DNA of 58,770 bases from an uncultured Polaribacter sp. (GCA_964343335.1 CAYFJL010000001.1:1-58770), one strand, 5' to 3'. Numbered from the stretch's first letter, positions 9,048-18,627 are shown. Numbers and translations are program-made. Notes: generated by a model not told the origin, from the sequence alone.

Positions 9048-9850
9048 ACGGCTTTGGCTTTGTGGTTTAACATGATTTCTTGGGTATTGCGATACCTATC
9101 AATGAAATTGATAATGTCTTGGGCTCTTGTTACATGCTGACTACCCACGGTTTCAGGGTGCATGGCAAATACTTTTGTAGCAGCATATACCGCCTCAATT
9201 TTTGGGTATTGTAAATCCAAATAGAGTTTTAATGCAGCAAGGTCTGCCGGGCGTTCTTCTCTCGTTGGAATCTGAAAGTGTTGTCGCTCGTGCAATAGGA
9301 CAAACATCCTTACCGGAATAGTAAAGTGCTTGAACGCCTGCTTAGAGACTTGTATTCTACCGGTCTGACGATTCGTTCTAGCAGGTGTTACTAAAGTGTT
9401 TCCAAATTGGTCTTTTATTACTGGAAGTAAATGAATCAGAAATTCATGGTCTGACGAATCATAAAAACCTGGCTTGTATGTACCGCTATATTTTGAAAAC
9501 TTTTGAGCAAAGTCAATGAATCTATGTATCGCAGGTTGAGCCCATATTTCAGAAGCCTCTAATTTCTCTACCTCGAACTTTTCAATCACATAGCCATTGT
9601 CTTTACCAGTTTCGCTATTGTAAATTTCAACCAACAAGGTTTCAGGAGACAAAGGCATAGGAATAGAGATTTCCTTGTAGTTCATGCCATCTCTAAATGC
9701 CGATGACTTGAAAGGAACCTTTCTTCTGAAATAATAGGAATTGGCTCTGTGGGCATCATAACCCTTAAGGGCAACAATGACCGGTCGAAGGGCTTTGATT
9801 CCTACCTTCAAAACAAAACGATTGTTATATGTTGGTACTGGTACTAACAT
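9044..9850 (-). CDS. Putative zinc metalloprotease (HExxH)
   Basis: FVLLHERQHF followed by EERPAD, a gluzincin-like downstream E..AD. Confidence 0.65.
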   Translation of the reverse strand: MLVPVPTYNNRFVLKVGIKALRPVIVALKGYDAHRANSYYFRRKVPFKSSAFRDGMNYKEISIPMPLSPETLLVEIYNSETGKDNGYVIEKFEVEKLEASEIWAQPAIHRFIDFAQKFSKYSGTYKPGFYDSSDHEFLIHLLPVIKDQFGNTLVTPARTNRQTGRIQVSKQAFKHFTIPVRMFVLLHERQHFQIPTREERPADLAALKLYLDLQYPKIEAVYAATKVFAMHPETVGSQHVTRAQDIINFIDRYRNTQEIMLNHKAKAV

Positions 9851-10275
9851 TAAGCGGACGGGATTTGTACTTTCTTATTCTTTTGCATGACTGAAAAGCC
9901 GTATGCAGCAATCACTAGCACGGCAATTCCTCCGATGATCATTACTTCTTTTGAAATGCCTTTCTTTTCAGGTTGTGGAGTAGGTTGTCCACCACCCATG
10001 GAAATGTCATAGTCCGAAGGGGTGTTATCCTTTTTGAAAAATCCTGTGATATTTCCAATCGTACTGCCTAAGCCTTGAAGTCCTCCTGCTTTTTGAAAAT
10101 TTTCGTTTTGCTTAGACCACCATTGTTGGCGTTGCTCTTTTCGAGCTGCTTTTTCTTCGGCTGTACGCTTTGGCTTTGCCTGTTTGTTCGGATCTTTCTT
10201 AAACAGGTTTTTTAAGAAGTAATCGTAATTATCTTCTCCACCGTGTATGATGTATTCTGTTTCTCCTGCAATCAT
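9850..10275 (-). CDS. C-terminally anchored membrane protein with Gly-rich amphipathic segment
   Basis: GGLQGLGSTIGNITGFF and a C-terminal TM followed by lysines. Confidence 0.65.
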   Translation of the reverse strand: MIAGETEYIIHGGEDNYDYFLKNLFKKDPNKQAKPKRTAEEKAARKEQRQQWWSKQNENFQKAGGLQGLGSTIGNITGFFKKDNTPSDYDISMGGGQPTPQPEKKGISKEVMIIGGIAVLVIAAYGFSVMQKNKKVQIPSA

Positions 10276-10285
10276 CTTGATTCAT

Positions 10286-10513
10286 TTATAGGATTCTTAA
10301 TATTCTAAGCGTAGAACCTTGTGGCTCATAGTTTACCGCCTGATAACCTTTTCCGACAAAGGGGTAGCTTTTGGCTTCTCCCGGAGGCAAAGGCACATTG
10401 TTCACAAGGGCTGTGCTTGTTCCCACGTTCTTGATGGAAGCGAAGAGAAAACCTTGGGGTAAGTTTCCGTTGGTTGTTGCTTCTTCTTCCGTTATTTGAG
10501 CGAGTATATCCAT
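10286..10513 (-). CDS. 75-aa beta-rich protein, putative minor virion protein
   Basis: Operon spacing and beta-strand pattern. Confidence 0.55.
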   Translation of the reverse strand: MDILAQITEEEATTNGNLPQGFLFASIKNVGTSTALVNNVPLPPGEAKSYPFVGKGYQAVNYEPQGSTLRILRIL

Positions 10514-10522
10514 GCTTATTCA

Positions 10523-11230
10523 TTACTTTTTCATTGCTACCACCAATACACCACCTACCAAAAGAACCGCAGCTACACCACCTATCATCAACATGTTCTT
10601 ACTGGACTTTTCTTTGTTGGCATTCTCAGATTCTCGTCTTCTTCGATCTTCTTCCTCTTGTCTTCGTCTTCTTTCATCTTCCTCACGTTCCCTTCTTCTT
10701 CGGTCTTCCTCCTCACGTCTTCTGCGATCAGCTTCTTCTCGTGCTCTTCGTCTTTCATCTTCGAGCCGTCTCATTTTAGCATCCATGTCCGCTTTGAGCT
10801 TTGCAGCCATAGCAGCTTGCTGTTGTGCTGCAGCATTGGAGCTTCCTCCGCTAGATTTTTTCTTCTTTCCAAAAAGTCCGGAAATACCGCTAATTGCACC
10901 TTTTGCTAATCCACCTACAATACCTCCTAAAAATTGATCTTCAACTTGATTATCAAAGTATTCCTGACTTTTAAGGGCAATTAACTCTTGTCCTTTGTTT
11001 TTAACATGGACATCTAATAACCCTTCGAGATCTTTATTAAAGAGTAGGTTTTTTGTTTTAAGCTTTTCAACCACCTCGTTAATCAAATTCTCCTTTGATG
11101 GTTGAAACCCAAAATCGACACCATGCTTACTAAGCAAACTTTCTACAACCGAAGGTTTGGTGAGTATCAGGTGACTAATGAGTTCTATGACATCATTTTG
11201 CTTTTGTGTATATCGAATGCTTTTTTTCAT
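10523..11230 (-). CDS. Tail-anchored membrane protein with E/R-rich charged helix
   Basis: Helical N-domain shared with 11662-12228, Gly-rich segment, RRREEE repeats, C-terminal TM. Confidence 0.75.
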   Translation of the reverse strand: MKKSIRYTQKQNDVIELISHLILTKPSVVESLLSKHGVDFGFQPSKENLINEVVEKLKTKNLLFNKDLEGLLDVHVKNKGQELIALKSQEYFDNQVEDQFLGGIVGGLAKGAISGISGLFGKKKKSSGGSSNAAAQQQAAMAAKLKADMDAKMRRLEDERRRAREEADRRRREEEDRRRREREEDERRRRQEEEDRRRRESENANKEKSSKNMLMIGGVAAVLLVGGVLVVAMKK

Positions 11231-11250
11231 ACTGTATTATTTTGATGTAC

Positions 11251-11649
11251 TTATGTCTTTTGAATTACTGCTCCCTTTTTCTTCATGGATTGAAACACAA
11301 TACCTCCAACTACTAGCAAGCCGATTACTATCATAACCGGACTTCCCATGCCTGCCTTTTGTACCTGTGGAGCAGATGCTTGTGCTGTATTAATTGGTTG
11401 TTGTGCTTGTCTCATCATTTGAGGAGCCAATTGAGGAGAGGGAGCAGGAGCAACCATTTGTTTAGTAACACTCGTGTCAGCTCTTAACGCCTCTGTTTCA
11501 GCTCTTCTTTGGTCATTTTTAAGCTTCCTTTTTTCCATTCTCAGCTTATGTCGCTCAGCTTTTCGCTGCTTACATTTCCTACCTAAACACAAGAAATTAT
11601 CCCACTCATTATTGGGTTGACCACTTATACCGTAATTGTAATTTTCCAT
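11251..11649 (-). CDS. Tail-anchored basic membrane protein
   Basis: K/R-rich helix, P/Q/A linker, C-terminal TM. Confidence 0.7.
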   Translation of the reverse strand: MENYNYGISGQPNNEWDNFLCLGRKCKQRKAERHKLRMEKRKLKNDQRRAETEALRADTSVTKQMVAPAPSPQLAPQMMRQAQQPINTAQASAPQVQKAGMGSPVMIVIGLLVVGGIVFQSMKKKGAVIQKT

Positions 11650-11661
11650 GGTTAAATGCTT

Positions 11662-12228
11662 TTAATTGATGTTGGTCTTTAAACTGTTTTGTTGATGACG
11701 GAAATAGAAAAAACCAAGGGTTGCCACTAAAGCAAGTCCACCAACTACTAAGTAGAGCTGCTTTTTACTTTCCATCTTTTTTTGATCTGATACCGCCTGC
11801 TGTTCTTGTGCTTTCATGGCGATCATGTTATTCAGCATCTCTCTACGAGCCTCTTCTTTCGCTAATTTTTGCTTATTTCTACCCCCAACAATATTGCCTA
11901 CCGCACCTGATATACCTGCAATAGCTCCAGCTATGGCTTGTACATAATTGCTCTCATCATCCGCAGTAAAAGAGGCTTCTTCCTGCATTACTTGACTGAT
12001 AAGAATTGAGAGTTCCTGATTAAAGGATTTACTTTGTTGAGCTAACCCTTCTATTATGCCATTAGCAAGTGATATTTTATCCGATGTTGGAACCTGAATA
12101 CCATATTTGTCCAAAAGCTGTTTGAATAGTTTTGGATTACTGGAAATAGCAACACCCAAAAGAGCCAATGTAGATTTTGATCGCTCATCAAGTCGATTAG
12201 GATTTTCCTCACGTACAATTCTTATCAT
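11662..12228 (-). CDS. Tail-anchored membrane protein (paralogue of 10523-11230)
   Basis: NP..F..LL.KYG...FNQEL N-domain, Gly/Ala amphipathic segment, C-terminal TM. Confidence 0.75.
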   Translation of the reverse strand: MIRIVREENPNRLDERSKSTLALLGVAISSNPKLFKQLLDKYGIQVPTSDKISLANGIIEGLAQQSKSFNQELSILISQVMQEEASFTADDESNYVQAIAGAIAGISGAVGNIVGGRNKQKLAKEEARREMLNNMIAMKAQEQQAVSDQKKMESKKQLYLVVGGLALVATLGFFYFRHQQNSLKTNIN

Positions 12229-12234
12229 CCTTTC

Positions 12235-12876
12235 TTAGTTTTTAATCGAAGAACCAATAAGTACACCTGCTGCCAATGTCAATCCTAAAATCACCACACC
12301 ATCCTTAGAAACTGTAAATCGGTCTTTGTCTTTTGCAACCTCCTGTTTAGGTATCTCAGCATTTAGTTTTCGCTGTCGTAATTCGTTCCAAACCAATTGG
12401 ACTTCTTCCATAAGTGATAGGTCTTCCGGTTTTTTGTTGGAAGCTGCCAATACTTCCTGGTAGTGCTTTTCTAATTGTGAAGTGGTCATGTCCACTAACT
12501 GATCAATGTAGTCACCAACATCTAAACTTGAATCACCACTAAAATTGCTGCTGCCACATGCCCCACAAAAGTTGGATTCAGGATTAAAGGAGCTACTTCC
12601 GCATGCGCCGCAAAAGCTATCTTCCCCTTGCTTGTTTTGAGGTTGGTTCAGTTTTAGAATCAACTCTTTTTCAGGGTGAACATTTAACAAAAGAGGAACA
12701 ATGGTTTTACCCTTAGTTTTTACCAGTTCTTTGGTTGCGTGAACCAAATCGTGAATGTTCTTAGGAGGATGATACCCTTGGTCAAACAAAAATTTGCGAG
12801 CTCCATCAGGATTGCCATACACGATATAGGCAATGCGATTTTGTGCATATCTCGACCTTGTTAAGCTTTTTTTCAT
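12235..12876 (-). CDS. Tail-anchored membrane protein with duplicated FCGACGSS motif
   Basis: Two CxxC motifs in a tandem repeat, C-terminal TM. Confidence 0.75.
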   Translation of the reverse strand: MKKSLTRSRYAQNRIAYIVYGNPDGARKFLFDQGYHPPKNIHDLVHATKELVKTKGKTIVPLLLNVHPEKELILKLNQPQNKQGEDSFCGACGSSSFNPESNFCGACGSSNFSGDSSLDVGDYIDQLVDMTTSQLEKHYQEVLAASNKKPEDLSLMEEVQLVWNELRQRKLNAEIPKQEVAKDKDRFTVSKDGVVILGLTLAAGVLIGSSIKN

Positions 12877-12898
12877 CGTATTTCAATTTGGGTTTTAC

Positions 12899-12935
12899 AA
12901 AAACAGCCAAAGAGCTCTATCGCTAACTTTGGCTG
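12899..12935 (-). terminator. Rho-independent terminator/attenuator after the candidate capsid gene
   Basis: CAGCCAAAG...CTTTGGCTG 9-bp stem followed by TTTTT on the minus strand. Confidence 0.65.
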
Positions 12936-12976
12936 CCTTATTCCTTTTTCAACTAGAGCCTAAATGGATAAGGCTA

Positions 12977-13876
12977 CTATCTACGTCTTCGTAAAAAGCC
13001 TCTTCCTCTCGGTCTTCTTCTCATTGAAATACCACGTCTTCGTCTTATCGGTCTAGGTCTTTTTCGGATAATTTTTCTCACCATCTTTTTAGGCTTAATA
13101 CCTAATGCAGATGGCTTTTTACCTCTAACCAAATCCAATTGTGGAAGACCAGTCGTTCTTGGAGCAGTAGAAAGCTCGGCAACATTTTTACCATCCAATA
13201 GGTTACCCATGTTGGCTCTTGCCTTGATTGTGAAGGTGAATACCACTGTTACACCATCTTTTATGAGTAATCTAAGGCTATCTTGCCCTGTAACATCCAT
13301 CTCAAAGTTGTGGTCATCAATCAAACCTTGAGTGAAATTTTGAGGCGAGGTTGCATTTCTTGGCTGATAAACTCTTACCGCATTGCTTCCTGTTGCTGTC
13401 CTTTTGTTGACCTTCAATACATTGTCAAACTGCAATGGATTGGAAACCGACATTTTCATTCCTACAATCTTGAAAGGGTTGGCTTTTGATTCCTCCCTAA
13501 CTTCTTTGTGTGAACTCTCTTCAACGGTTACTGTTACTCCGGCAGGTTGTGCTGCTTCTTCGTTAGCTCCAAATAGAACTGCTTCTGCATCAGCTCCGGA
13601 AGTGTTTTTAACTACTACGGTCAGGGTACGGTCGTTCGGATCAATACGTCCTATTGAAGTTGACTTGTAGCTATCGTACATATCATCTTCATCATCAGCG
13701 GGGATATATTCTACCTCTTCCTCTTCATCATAGAAGTCGTCCTCATCATCATAGTAGCTATCTTCATGACCTTCAAAACCGGTATCGAAGTCGTCTTCTT
13801 CATACCCATCATAGTCATCGTATCTGTCTTCGGCATCATCTTCGTATGCCATCAACTCATCGTTATATGGATTCAT
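12977..13876 (-). CDS. Candidate major capsid protein (beta-sandwich core, acidic N-arm, Arg-rich C-tail)
   Basis: First large gene of the operon, followed by a terminator. It has a ~140-aa beta-rich core, a protamine-like tail and a paralogue in the same operon. The fold is inferred, not shown. Confidence 0.55.
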   Translation of the reverse strand: MNPYNDELMAYEDDAEDRYDDYDGYEEDDFDTGFEGHEDSYYDDEDDFYDEEEEVEYIPADDEDDMYDSYKSTSIGRIDPNDRTLTVVVKNTSGADAEAVLFGANEEAAQPAGVTVTVEESSHKEVREESKANPFKIVGMKMSVSNPLQFDNVLKVNKRTATGSNAVRVYQPRNATSPQNFTQGLIDDHNFEMDVTGQDSLRLLIKDGVTVVFTFTIKARANMGNLLDGKNVAELSTAPRTTGLPQLDLVRGKKPSALGIKPKKMVRKIIRKRPRPIRRRRGISMRRRPRGRGFLRRRR

Positions 13877-13923
13877 TTGAATTCTTTTTTAATGTTAATA
13901 TTCAGCTAGAAGCTCAAACCGAG

Positions 13924-14079
13924 CTACTTTTTCTCTTCGCTACTTGCTGCTATTTTTTTTGCTTTTGCTTTCTCAAGAGCAGGTTCTACTACTTTCTTGG
14001 TTAGGATTGTACCAATCACAAAAACTCCTAGTGAGATGCCTGCCATAATGCCAATTGATTTCCAATCAGTATTTTTCAT
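13924..14079 (-). CDS. 51-aa single-TM protein, first gene of the structural operon (not in ORF track)
   Basis: Manual translation MKNTDWKSIGIMAGISLGVFVIGTILTKKVVEPALEKAKAKKIAASSEEKK. Confidence 0.7.
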   Translation of the reverse strand: MKNTDWKSIGIMAGISLGVFVIGTILTKKVVEPALEKAKAKKIAASSEEKK

Positions 14080-14338
14080 TTTGTATCGTTTTAAATTTTT
14101 AAATCTTCCGAATTGAACTGTGCGGTTTTTAAACCAATTGAGATGCTAAGGTCAGGGGAAAACAAGGCGAGAAAAAGGGCGAAAATTGTCCTTTGGTGAG
14201 TGTTTATCTATGGACAAACTTTAAGGCAAAAACTGGAGATCGGTCGGTACAAAGAAGGAAGGGATTTAATTTATCCTTGGTATAAATTAAATAGGTATTT
14301 GAATTTATGTAGGGGATAAATTCAGCTTCTTAAAAAGT

Positions 14339-14472
14339 TACTCAAAAATGCCAGTAAACACATTTTACTGGCAAAAATGAGTATTTCTGAAAAATGTCAC
14401 TATATTTGTAATGTTGGCAATTATGAGTAAAACTATAATTTGCCTAAAATGTTAAATACTGGCAAAATTGAG
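14339..14472 (+). promoter_or_regulatory. AbiE promoter region with inverted-repeat operators
   Basis: TGCCAGTAAA-cacat-TTTACTGGCA inverted repeat (14349-14373), further TGGCAA half-sites, and a TATATTTG -7 box at 14401-14408. Confidence 0.65.
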
Positions 14473-14474
14473 CT

Positions 14475-15245
14475 ATGTCTAAAATCATTGACCGTCAAAT
14501 ATCGAAGCATTTTAAAGGCAAAGGGCATTTCGACCGAGATACCCTAAGTTCCTTTTTGACCGATTTGGATCCGGAAATCACAGAAAGTGCCTTAACGTGG
14601 AGAATCCATGATTTGGTGAAGCGAAAGGTGATTGACCAAGTAAAACTGGGTGTATATACCATTTCAAACAAAGAGGCTTACAAACCTTTTGTGTCGGATA
14701 AACTGGCTCGATTATCCAAGATAGTAGCCAAGGAGTTCGATCAGTTGGATTATTGCCTTTGGAGTACCGAATGGCTGAATGATTTTACAAGGCATCAATT
14801 GGGAACCTTCTTTTATATACTGGAGGTGGAGAAGGATTTTGTTGAGGAAGTGTTTAACGCTTATTCCGAATCTAAACAGTACCGGGTATATCTCGATCCC
14901 AAAGAGGACATCATGGAAAGGTATGTGGAAAGTGAAATTTCCATCGTCATTAAACCACTAATCAGCCGATCGCCAAAACAGAAAATTGCTATTAAGGAAA
15001 AGTCAAAAGACAAGGTCTATGTGCCGACATTAGAGAAAATTCTAATTGATGTGTACAGCGATGCAGTAACCTTCTATGCCATTCAGGGAAGTGAAATGGT
15101 TACGTTATTTGAAAACGCCTTAAAACGCTATCAAATAAACTTCACCAAACTCATTAGCTACGCTAGAAGACGAAATAAAGAAGAACAAATTAAAAGTTAC
15201 TTAGAGAACAACTTTGGTGACTTTGTAAAAGATATTTTAGAATGA
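14475..15245 (+). CDS. AbiEi-like type IV antitoxin / transcriptional regulator
   Basis: N-terminal wHTH (WRIHDLVKRKVIDQVKLGVY), PTLEKILID and YARRR motifs, coupled to the AbiEii-like gene. Confidence 0.8.
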   Translation: MSKIIDRQISKHFKGKGHFDRDTLSSFLTDLDPEITESALTWRIHDLVKRKVIDQVKLGVYTISNKEAYKPFVSDKLARLSKIVAKEFDQLDYCLWSTEWLNDFTRHQLGTFFYILEVEKDFVEEVFNAYSESKQYRVYLDPKEDIMERYVESEISIVIKPLISRSPKQKIAIKEKSKDKVYVPTLEKILIDVYSDAVTFYAIQGSEMVTLFENALKRYQINFTKLISYARRRNKEEQIKSYLENNFGDFVKDILE

Positions 15246-16297
15246 TAAAAGCACATTGTTTTACCAAAGAATGGATCAACGGCTTTAAGCAACAAAAGCA
15301 TTTGAAGCGTATCAATCCTCCGATACTGGAGAAAATGATACACGCCCTTTCCTTATTGCAGCAGCTCAAAGCTCATGGTTTAGATTTCACTTTTAAAGGA
15401 GGAACGAGCCTTGTGTTATTGCTTGCTAAATCAAGACGATTTTCGGTAGATATTGACATCATTACCACCCAAAGTCGAGAAGAAGTAGAAGCTATCCTGG
15501 ACAAAGTTATGGCTAACTCACATTTCAACAAGTGGGAGCTACAAGATAGAAGAAGCTACAAAGAAGGTGTTCCGAAAGCTCATTACGAATTTGATTATGA
15601 ATCGAGCCTTAATCAAAGTGCTCACTTTGTGTTGTTGGATATACTGTTTGAGCAAACCGATTACCCAAGGTTATTAGCAGCACCTATACAATCAGAATGG
15701 ATTGAATCCGAAGATGTATTGGAAGTAGCTGTTCCATCTATTGAATCCATTTTAGGAGATAAACTCACGGCATTTGCACCAAATACCGTTGGAATCCTTT
15801 ACGGGAAAGACAAAGAACAAGAAATCATCAAGCAGCTTTTTGATATTGGCTGTTTATTTGATGAAGCGGAAAACGTAGAGGAAATTGCATTGAGTTTTGA
15901 GAAAATTGGAAGCAAAGAAATCAACTACCGTGAACTTGAAATTGGCTTAACAGAGATACTGGATGATATTTTCACCACTTCCTTACTCATAGCCAAGCGA
16001 ACCAAAAACACCGAAGAGCCGGACAAAACAAGATTTACCGAACTCACCACCGGAATACGCAGGTTTGAAGGCTTTTTAATCGCTGAAAACTTCAAAATAG
16101 AAGATGCTATACTCGCAGCTGGTAAAGCAGCTTATCTCGCCAAACAATTAAAGAACAAAGACCATTCAGCCATAGAGAAATTTAATGGTCAGGACATCAG
16201 TAAACTGGAAATTACCGGAGAGCTGAACTTCCTGAACAAGCTCAAAAAGTCGAGAGACAAAGCAGCATTTTTCTATTGGTATAAGGCGTTGAATTAA
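15242..16297 (+). CDS. AbiEii-family nucleotidyltransferase toxin
   Basis: FKGGTSL...RRFSVDIDI, DKLTAF and KQLFDI motifs. Confidence 0.9.
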   Translation: MIKAHCFTKEWINGFKQQKHLKRINPPILEKMIHALSLLQQLKAHGLDFTFKGGTSLVLLLAKSRRFSVDIDIITTQSREEVEAILDKVMANSHFNKWELQDRRSYKEGVPKAHYEFDYESSLNQSAHFVLLDILFEQTDYPRLLAAPIQSEWIESEDVLEVAVPSIESILGDKLTAFAPNTVGILYGKDKEQEIIKQLFDIGCLFDEAENVEEIALSFEKIGSKEINYRELEIGLTEILDDIFTTSLLIAKRTKNTEEPDKTRFTELTTGIRRFEGFLIAENFKIEDAILAAGKAAYLAKQLKNKDHSAIEKFNGQDISKLEITGELNFLNKLKKSRDKAAFFYWYKALN

Positions 16298-16298
16298 C

Positions 16299-18107
16299 AT
16301 GAAAACCGACTTTTCAAAAATATTATCCAAATCCGATTTTAAGGTAGCCCGTAGTTGCCCGACCAAGCTCTATTACAAGAAAAACGGCTACCCATCTGCC
16401 AATGATGGTAACGAATACATGGAATACCTTGCCGAAGGTGGTTATGCCGTTGGTAAATTGGCTACACTTCATTTTCCGGATGGTATTCGCATTCAAAACG
16501 AACTTGGACTGGAGAGTGCCATTGCCCAAACCAAAGAAGAGCTGCAAAAAGAAAATATAGTCCTTTTTGAACCGGCTTTGTTGACAGAAGGCAAAGTCGC
16601 TGCCATTGATATTTTAGTTAAGCAAGGCAATCGGTTTAAAATTATTGAAGTGAAGTCAAAAGGCTTTGATTCTGATAACCCGAAATTTGACAAAGGTTGG
16701 GATGAGTACTTAGAGGACATTGCTTTTCAAAAAGAGCTATTACAGGAAGTATTTCCGGATGCTCATATCGACTGTTTTCTGTTTGTTCCGGACAAAGCCA
16801 AACGAACCAAAATAGATGGCTTAAACGCTTTGTTTGAATTGAAAGAAGTAGAAGCTCACAATCAGTTTAAGTTTTACGAGATTGACTTTATTGGTGATCC
16901 TGAACTTATTCGTAAGGATGATTTAATGGTAAAGGTGGGTGTAAACGATGAAGTGAAAAAACGTAGCTCCATCATTAAGAACGCCATCAAAGTTTATTCA
17001 GAGAGCTTAGAGAAGGGAGAGAAAATTCAGGAACCTTTGAATATTGGTTGCTTCTCTTGTGAATACAATGCCGGAGATGATAAAAACGGCTACCATGAAT
17101 GTTGGAAGGGAATGCCGGAACCCGAATTACATATCAAAGATGTGTACCGTTTGGGGAATATCAAAGAAAATAAGGAATCCATTGCCAATGCTTTAATTGG
17201 GGAAAAGAAACTTGATGTAGATGCCTTGCCTGAAAAAGCGTTTGAAGGTGTTTGGGGTGAACGCAGATTGATACAGATCAACAATACCAAAGCTCAATCG
17301 GAATGGATAGCCAGGGAATTGAAAGAGGAAATCAACTCGTGGAAATATCCGCTGCATTTTATTGACTTTGAAACCTGTATTACGGCTTTGCCTTTTCATA
17401 AAGGCATGCGACCGTATGAAATGAGTGCTTTTCAATGGAGTTGCCATACCATTAAACAACCCGGAGCTGAACCTATTCATAGCGAATGGCTCAATACCGA
17501 TCCTAAATTCCCAAGCTTTGCTTTTGCTGAAAGTTTGATGAATAAGGTCGGGTATGATGGTACACTTTTGATGTGGAGTTCACATGAAAATACCACATTG
17601 CGAAACATCTATTACCAAATGGAAGAGTACAATCAGTCTATTCCGGGATTAAAGCGATGGTTGGAATACGTGGTGAAGTTTGATAAAAACGGAGCCGGAG
17701 CCTTTGTGGATATGAATGACTTGGCATTGAAACACTATTTCCACCCTGTAATGAAAGGGCGTACCAGTATTAAAGTAACCCTACCGGCTGTTTTGGCTGC
17801 TAACAATTCTAAACGCACCGAAAACTGGCTATCCAATTTTGATAATGGCATCAATTTATTGCATCGTGACGAAGATGGAATAATCGAGAACCCCTACAAA
17901 TATTTACCACCCATCGACCTGTTGGAAAATGCCGAAAAGGTAAACGAAGGAACCGGAGCCATGCGAGCTTATGAGGATATGCTCTTCGGTATCAGTAAAC
18001 ACCAACCGGAAATAAAAAAAGCCTACAAAGAGGCTTTATTACGTTATTGCAAACTGGATACGTTGGCAATGGTAATTATTTGGGAGCATTGGAGGAATTT
18101 GAAATAA
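16299..18107 (+). CDS. DUF2779-like protein: PD-(D/E)xK nuclease with Cys cluster plus RNase H/DEDD-like domain
   Basis: IDIL...IIEVKS, an N-terminal Cys plus CxxC...C, and FIDFET...YCKLDT. Confidence 0.75.
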   Translation: MKTDFSKILSKSDFKVARSCPTKLYYKKNGYPSANDGNEYMEYLAEGGYAVGKLATLHFPDGIRIQNELGLESAIAQTKEELQKENIVLFEPALLTEGKVAAIDILVKQGNRFKIIEVKSKGFDSDNPKFDKGWDEYLEDIAFQKELLQEVFPDAHIDCFLFVPDKAKRTKIDGLNALFELKEVEAHNQFKFYEIDFIGDPELIRKDDLMVKVGVNDEVKKRSSIIKNAIKVYSESLEKGEKIQEPLNIGCFSCEYNAGDDKNGYHECWKGMPEPELHIKDVYRLGNIKENKESIANALIGEKKLDVDALPEKAFEGVWGERRLIQINNTKAQSEWIARELKEEINSWKYPLHFIDFETCITALPFHKGMRPYEMSAFQWSCHTIKQPGAEPIHSEWLNTDPKFPSFAFAESLMNKVGYDGTLLMWSSHENTTLRNIYYQMEEYNQSIPGLKRWLEYVVKFDKNGAGAFVDMNDLALKHYFHPVMKGRTSIKVTLPAVLAANNSKRTENWLSNFDNGINLLHRDEDGIIENPYKYLPPIDLLENAEKVNEGTGAMRAYEDMLFGISKHQPEIKKAYKEALLRYCKLDTLAMVIIWEHWRNLK

Positions 18108-18108
18108 T

Positions 18109-18627
18109 ATGGCATATTTAACAGAAAGATTACTAGGAGATGTTTTAGGGATTATTTTTCCAGAACACGAGTTCATACATGATAGGATTGTTCCAAATTC
18201 CGGGACAAGAAAACGACCGGATTATAGGAATGATGATTTAATGCTTATTGTTGAATTTGATGGTGATAAACATTATCGGGAAGTGAGTAAGATTAAGTCT
18301 GAGGAGGAAAAAACAATTTGTTATTCTAATATGGGATATAGAGTTGTTCGCATTCCATATTTTGTTCAAATCACACCTGAAACTACAAGGTTATTATTTG
18401 ATCTTGAGAACGATTACACAAATGACTACCCACATGGGTTTATTGATGAAAGAGCTATACTTCCTTGCGATTTTAATGAGCTTGGAATTGCAAAATTCCT
18501 CAACGATTTAGAGCGTTTTGAGATAATCCGAGAACAAATAATTCACTCACTAAGAGAGAAGATTCAGGCAAACAACAATGAGTCAGAAAGGGTTTTGCCT
18601 CCCTCAATACAATCATTAGTTGATTAA
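18109..18627 (+). CDS. DUF559/Vsr-like endonuclease
   Basis: RPDY...IVEFDGDKHY...GYRVVRI. Confidence 0.75.
   Translation: MAYLTERLLGDVLGIIFPEHEFIHDRIVPNSGTRKRPDYRNDDLMLIVEFDGDKHYREVSKIKSEEEKTICYSNMGYRVVRIPYFVQITPETTRLLFDLENDYTNDYPHGFIDERAILPCDFNELGIAKFLNDLERFEIIREQIIHSLREKIQANNNESERVLPPSIQSLVD

Noticed and set aside
10474-10937. Three plus-strand Ser/Leu/Phe-rich ORFs
   Set aside because: They are antisense shadows of the E/R-rich minus-strand gene 10523-11230.
13283-14004. Plus-strand ORFs including a His-rich 116-aa frame
   Set aside because: They mirror the D/E/Y-rich N-arm of 12977-13876 and run against the operon direction.
16299-18107. Cas4-like motifs suggesting CRISPR-Cas
   Set aside because: I saw no repeat-spacer array or other cas genes in the window.
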